Assembly (NCBI GenBank): GCA_043228905.1
Contig: JBHGNT010000477.1
Coordinates: 1-23,490 of the forward strand
DNA: 23,490 bases
Source of the DNA: Azolla caroliniana
Lineage: Eukaryota; Plantae; Polypodiophyta
Direction of reading: 5' to 3'
A program made the translations under genes and the position numbers. Shown here piece after piece: positions 19,521 through 23,490 of the stretch; the stretch's first letter is position 1, and each line of letters opens with the position of its first letter. The notes below the pieces were generated by a model. The model was given only the letters and a program-made list of their open reading frames with translations. It was not told where the DNA came from and made no database searches.

Positions 19521-19754
19521 TCACAACAACTTTCTCTTAAATGGTCTAACGAGCAAGCTTAATCCAATACCTAGCCCCAAACATAATCCTAACCCTATTC
19601 CGACACCAACTCTCACTCCTGCGTTGAACCAAGACAACTCGCCTTCTTGAATATCGCCATCACCATCGATGTACAAGTCGCTTGATCCAAAGGGCATACG
19701 ATCGTAGAAGGCAGTGTTAGATATCTTTCCATATAGTTCTTCATCGTTACATTC
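19521..19754 (-). CDS. At1g01500-family protein, terminal coding exon
   Basis: The acceptor ...ttttctaatttaatctAG|GAA is in phase 0. The exon translates ECNDEELYGK...EGELSWFNAGVRVGVGIGLGLCLGLGIGLSLLVRPFKRKLL*, which contains the family's conserved C-terminal Gly-rich hydrophobic motif. It is absent from the ORF track. Confidence 0.9.
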   Translation of the reverse strand, partial: ECNDEELYGKISNTAFYDRMPFGSSDLYIDGDGDIQEGELSWFNAGVRVGVGIGLGLCLGLGIGLSLLVRPFKRKLL

Positions 19755-21076
19755 CTAGATTAAATTAGAAAACAAAAAAAATGAATTTGACGATGAAAGT
19801 TGACAAAGTCTTATGCTTATAAATTTAAATTATATACACCCAAAATGATAATCCAATTATGAAGTTTCTACACATTTTCGCCACATGGAAAATACTTCTA
19901 TAGAGATTTTTAGACATTTTGAATGCCCCCTTCCCAACAAGTTTTCCTCTATTATTGACATTAAAATATGGCACGGGTTTATCATAAATCAGTGGGGATG
20001 GGGCATGCACACCATTATGTGATTCCATGATGGGTGTTGGAAAGAGTTGAGAGCCCATTTTCTCGCATATTTCCATGTATTCTCTTATCAAACATGACGT
20101 TGTTATTCTTACATCCTCATTATAGGCAGTTTTTCACATAATAGCCCCCCTTGCCAATGGTAAATTAAGACCATTACCCTTCCCACATTTTTCTTAATCA
20201 TTAACATAACAAGCTTCCAAAGGCATTCTAGTTGAAGTGTGGGTGGGCACCTTAGTTAGGCCTAGCAACCTATCGTCCTTTCTCCCACTAAAACATAATT
20301 AGATATTCTATTCACAAAACATTGAATGATACATTCCTAAATGGGAAAAGCCCACTTTCTCTCGTGTTTAACTATTGCTTGCATGAAGAAGCCAAAGAAG
20401 CTATCAACAATATTAGCTTATGTTGGACAAAACACAATTCTACTTGTGTTCAATCAATACTTGGTAAGCAACCAAAAATGCTCAATCAATGATAAATTTT
20501 AATCACTTGTCTTGACATTGGAGAGAGCTAGCTTACCCTCTTGTTTAATTATAGCTCAGCAAGCACGCATTGTGATTGGTCCATAGGATGTTTCCACCAT
20601 TATAGTCTCACTTGAGATTTATAAAAAAACTCATTTTCTCTATGATATTCTTCAACTTTTCTAATTGAGAATTTAAGTGGGTTGATGATCCTAAAAATTA
20701 CATGCATCCAATGCAACACACGTATAAACTTTTTGATATTTTAGATTCCACATGCAAAGAGGTTACTTTCCCCAAAGTTGTATTACCTATAGTACATTAA
20801 ATTCCCTTAAGTGTGTATGATCAATTGCAATGGGATTTGTATCCTAGATTGCAATATATTTGAATGAAGATTATTTTTTACAATGTGCTTAAATGATCTA
20901 ATGTCAATTCATGGCATGAATGATGTGATTATATTATTCCTCAGAGATGATGATATCGTTCTCTCTCATGCATGGATGAGTGACAAAGCAAAACTCTCTC
21001 TTCCACTTGTGATGATTAGACTTCATCACGAGTAAATAATACAACAAAATTAAAAGTTTGATTAATTACTCTGTAC

Positions 21077-22240
21077 CTCGTGATCCATGGAGACAATGTT
21101 GTTGTGATCAAGTATATGATTGTGTTGTGGTAATAATTCTTCATTAGCTTTTGGGATGACATCAAAGTTGCTAATTTTTAACCTAGTAAGGTTTGACCTT
21201 GACTTTGATCTCCTAAGAGTACATTGTGTTGCAATTGGCACCTGCAAGCACACTGTGCAAGTGAAGACAATAGGGTGTCCATAACACGTACCAGCAACAT
21301 AAACCTCCATGGATGGGCTCATGGTTATCAATGAATTACTCGTAGCATGACTAGAGATCAAGTCCATATTTCTATAATTAATGTTATTATTGTTGATAGA
21401 ATTCATTTGGCTTTTCGCAAGAAAAGAGCAAGAAGAGCTAGAACTTATCCCACTTACACAATCCATGACCCACCCAACACTAATAGCATTATTATGATTA
21501 AAACTATTGATATAACCACCACCTAATTCAATGCTATTGTTATTACTACTATTATTAATGTTATTGATAAAAGTAGTAGGCGATCTTGTGAGATTCCCAT
21601 ATGCGATCAATTCATCATGATTATCATAAATTTCAAAGGGCAGTATGTCCCCACACACTCTAAGGTGATTAGTGCTAACATATGTATAAGACTCACAATA
21701 TAGAATATTTGGCATGATTATATTAGTATCAATCATTGTTGAAGCCATCGACCCATCATGAATCACGTGTCGTTGTGATCCATTGCTAAGTTGGTCTACA
21801 GAAAGTACATCTCTAGTTGGTGTATCGACCCTTCGTATCGACATCAAGAAGGATGCTTTCTTAGACGGATGGATCGTTTGCCCATCTACTTCTAGCTCAA
21901 TGGAGATGTCCCTCGGTGGATACACCATCATGAGTGTGTTTGGGGCTTCATTCATTTCACATGGCACACATGAGGTCACCCTCACATACCACACCTTCAC
22001 ATCAAGCCACATTGACACATCATTCTTGTTAATGTCATTCTTGTTGTTATTGTTATTGTTATCGCCATGGATCTGACCATGATTCTTCACTCCCTTCATC
22101 AATGACCTATTGTAATCATAGGTATATAACAACTTCTTGTCTTCTTCCTCCTCCTCGATATTATTAGCAATATCATCTCTAGGATGAATTATATTATCAC
22201 TAGGCCAAGGTAATATATTATACATAGCCTCATCCATCAT
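21077..22240 (-). CDS. At1g01500-family uncharacterised plant protein, coding exon 1 (spliced product about 465 aa)
   Basis: Family motifs are WLDVKVWYVRVTSC, LEVDG, TYVST..LRV, PFEIYD, W.MDC and MEVYVAG...G.PIVFT.TV.L. The donor GAG|GTACAG at 21076 is in phase 0, giving an intron at 19755-21076. Confidence 0.88.
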
Positions 22241-22711
22241 AAACTTTAATGATTTTCTTCTCTTCTAACTAGACTTGATTAGCTAATTATTTATACCTAC
22301 AAGCGTCTTTAGTGCTAATCAAATCATATGCATGTAAGAAGAACGAAGAAGGAAACAAAGGCTATTATATTAAGCATATTAATTACTTCTTTTATGTAAT
22401 GTCAAAATCACTCATACAATATCTATTATTAGTAAGGTAGAATTCTACCCTCCTATTTTGGCAACTTTCCACATGTTTTTCTTATTAATTTTATTCATCA
22501 TGATGTCATCATCATAATAGAGCAAGACTTGGTCACTACACTACTGCGCCCCCTACCTATTGTCCTATTGTTTGTCTTATATTGCTTGCTCTAATACTCT
22601 TGGCTTCTAGTCGAGAAACAACTTGTGCCACCCCTTGATCACATCGCATAGATATTATAATTATATTTGTAGTAACATCAAATGACGATATAAGCTAGTA
22701 GTATCATCGCA

Positions 22712-23100
22712 TCTATAACTAGAGTGCATCGATAATGTGTGGATTAGACACAATAATGTGTGGATAGACACACATATTGGATAGAACTCACAAATGTGCA
22801 CATATTGACCAACACATGTTGAATTAACGGACAAGGATATTACATTCGTACGTATGTCATATTTCATATGCGTGTGGGGTGAACCAACAACGACATCACA
22901 TTTCATGAACGTGTCATATTTTCAAAACCTCGTTCATTGTAAAGTTAATCGACAAGGACAATATGAGTTTGTTGCATCGTGGCTTCTATAACTAAAGTGC
23001 ATCGATATTGTGCAAATTAGACATGAACATATTGGGTTAAACTCACACACATCGAGTTAATTGATAAACAACATTACATTTATACATATGTCATATATCA
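22712..23100. repeat. Old degenerate duplication with a period of about 270 bp
   Basis: TCTATAACTA.AGTGCATCGATA.TGTG...ATTAGACA occurs at about 22712 and 22985, and ATTACATT..TAC.TATGTCATAT.TCA occurs at about 22839 and 23073. Confidence 0.7.
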
Positions 23101-23490
23101 CATTGACTTGGACTTTCATAGACAAAAAGCATCGTTGGATCATCTTGCCAATAACTAAACTCATGTCAAGATAGATGTAGGTTGTAACTTGTATTAAGGT
23201 TTTGTTGCAGCCACTATAGGGAAAGGCTTATTGTTAATCACAACTTTATTCACCTTTAGAAAGTAAAATGAATTATTTTGAATTTCCTTTTCTTTTCATG
23301 CTTCTTGCTCATAAGGTAACTAGCATTTAGGATGCTTTAGTGACCGGTAGTGTGAGTTCAATTGGATGTTGGACATGACTATAAATGTAAACAGTAACAC
23401 CTAGAGTTGGGCATCCATGCAAGTAGCCCCCCCCCCCCAAAAAAAAAAAAAAACAAACAAGTAGAATGAAATGGAGTCGGTAGGGTTCTT

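Noticed and set aside
19825-20091. 88-aa ORF as an additional exon
   Set aside because: It lies within the intron and has no family motif. Exons 1 and 2 already join in phase to give a complete protein.
21062-21076. ORF-track stop at 21062 as the end of the gene
   Set aside because: VQSN* follows a GT donor, and the conserved C-terminus is found in the downstream exon.

Overview
AT-rich eukaryotic genomic DNA from a land plant, probably a moss or other bryophyte (inferred from gene and TE types only). Three host genes are supported: the first two coding exons of an RPA-interacting protein (RPAIN/RIP) homolog on the minus strand at the left edge, which the ORF track misses; an intronless DREB2-type AP2/ERF transcription factor (13630-14427, +); and a two-exon At1g01500-family gene (22240-21077 joined to 19754-19521, -). 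Positions 2867-12441 hold a three-level retroelement nest that can be resolved to the base. A 5'-truncated, internally deleted L1-type LINE (17-bp TSD, poly-A) is interrupted by a minus-strand Tnt1-like Copia that keeps only its 5' LTR, gag, protease and half of integrase. The gag of that element is in turn split by a two-LTR plus-strand Copia. The inner Copia is dead (stops, frameshifts, RT YVDD region deleted) but has a duplicated polypurine tract bracketing about 650 bp that reads as an in-frame extension beyond RNase H; this is the most unusual feature. The rest of the window is intergenic, with many local tandem duplications, hairpins, microsatellites and a possible solo LTR. There is no CRISPR array, rRNA or intact tRNA. 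All alignments and translations were done by eye, with no database searches.
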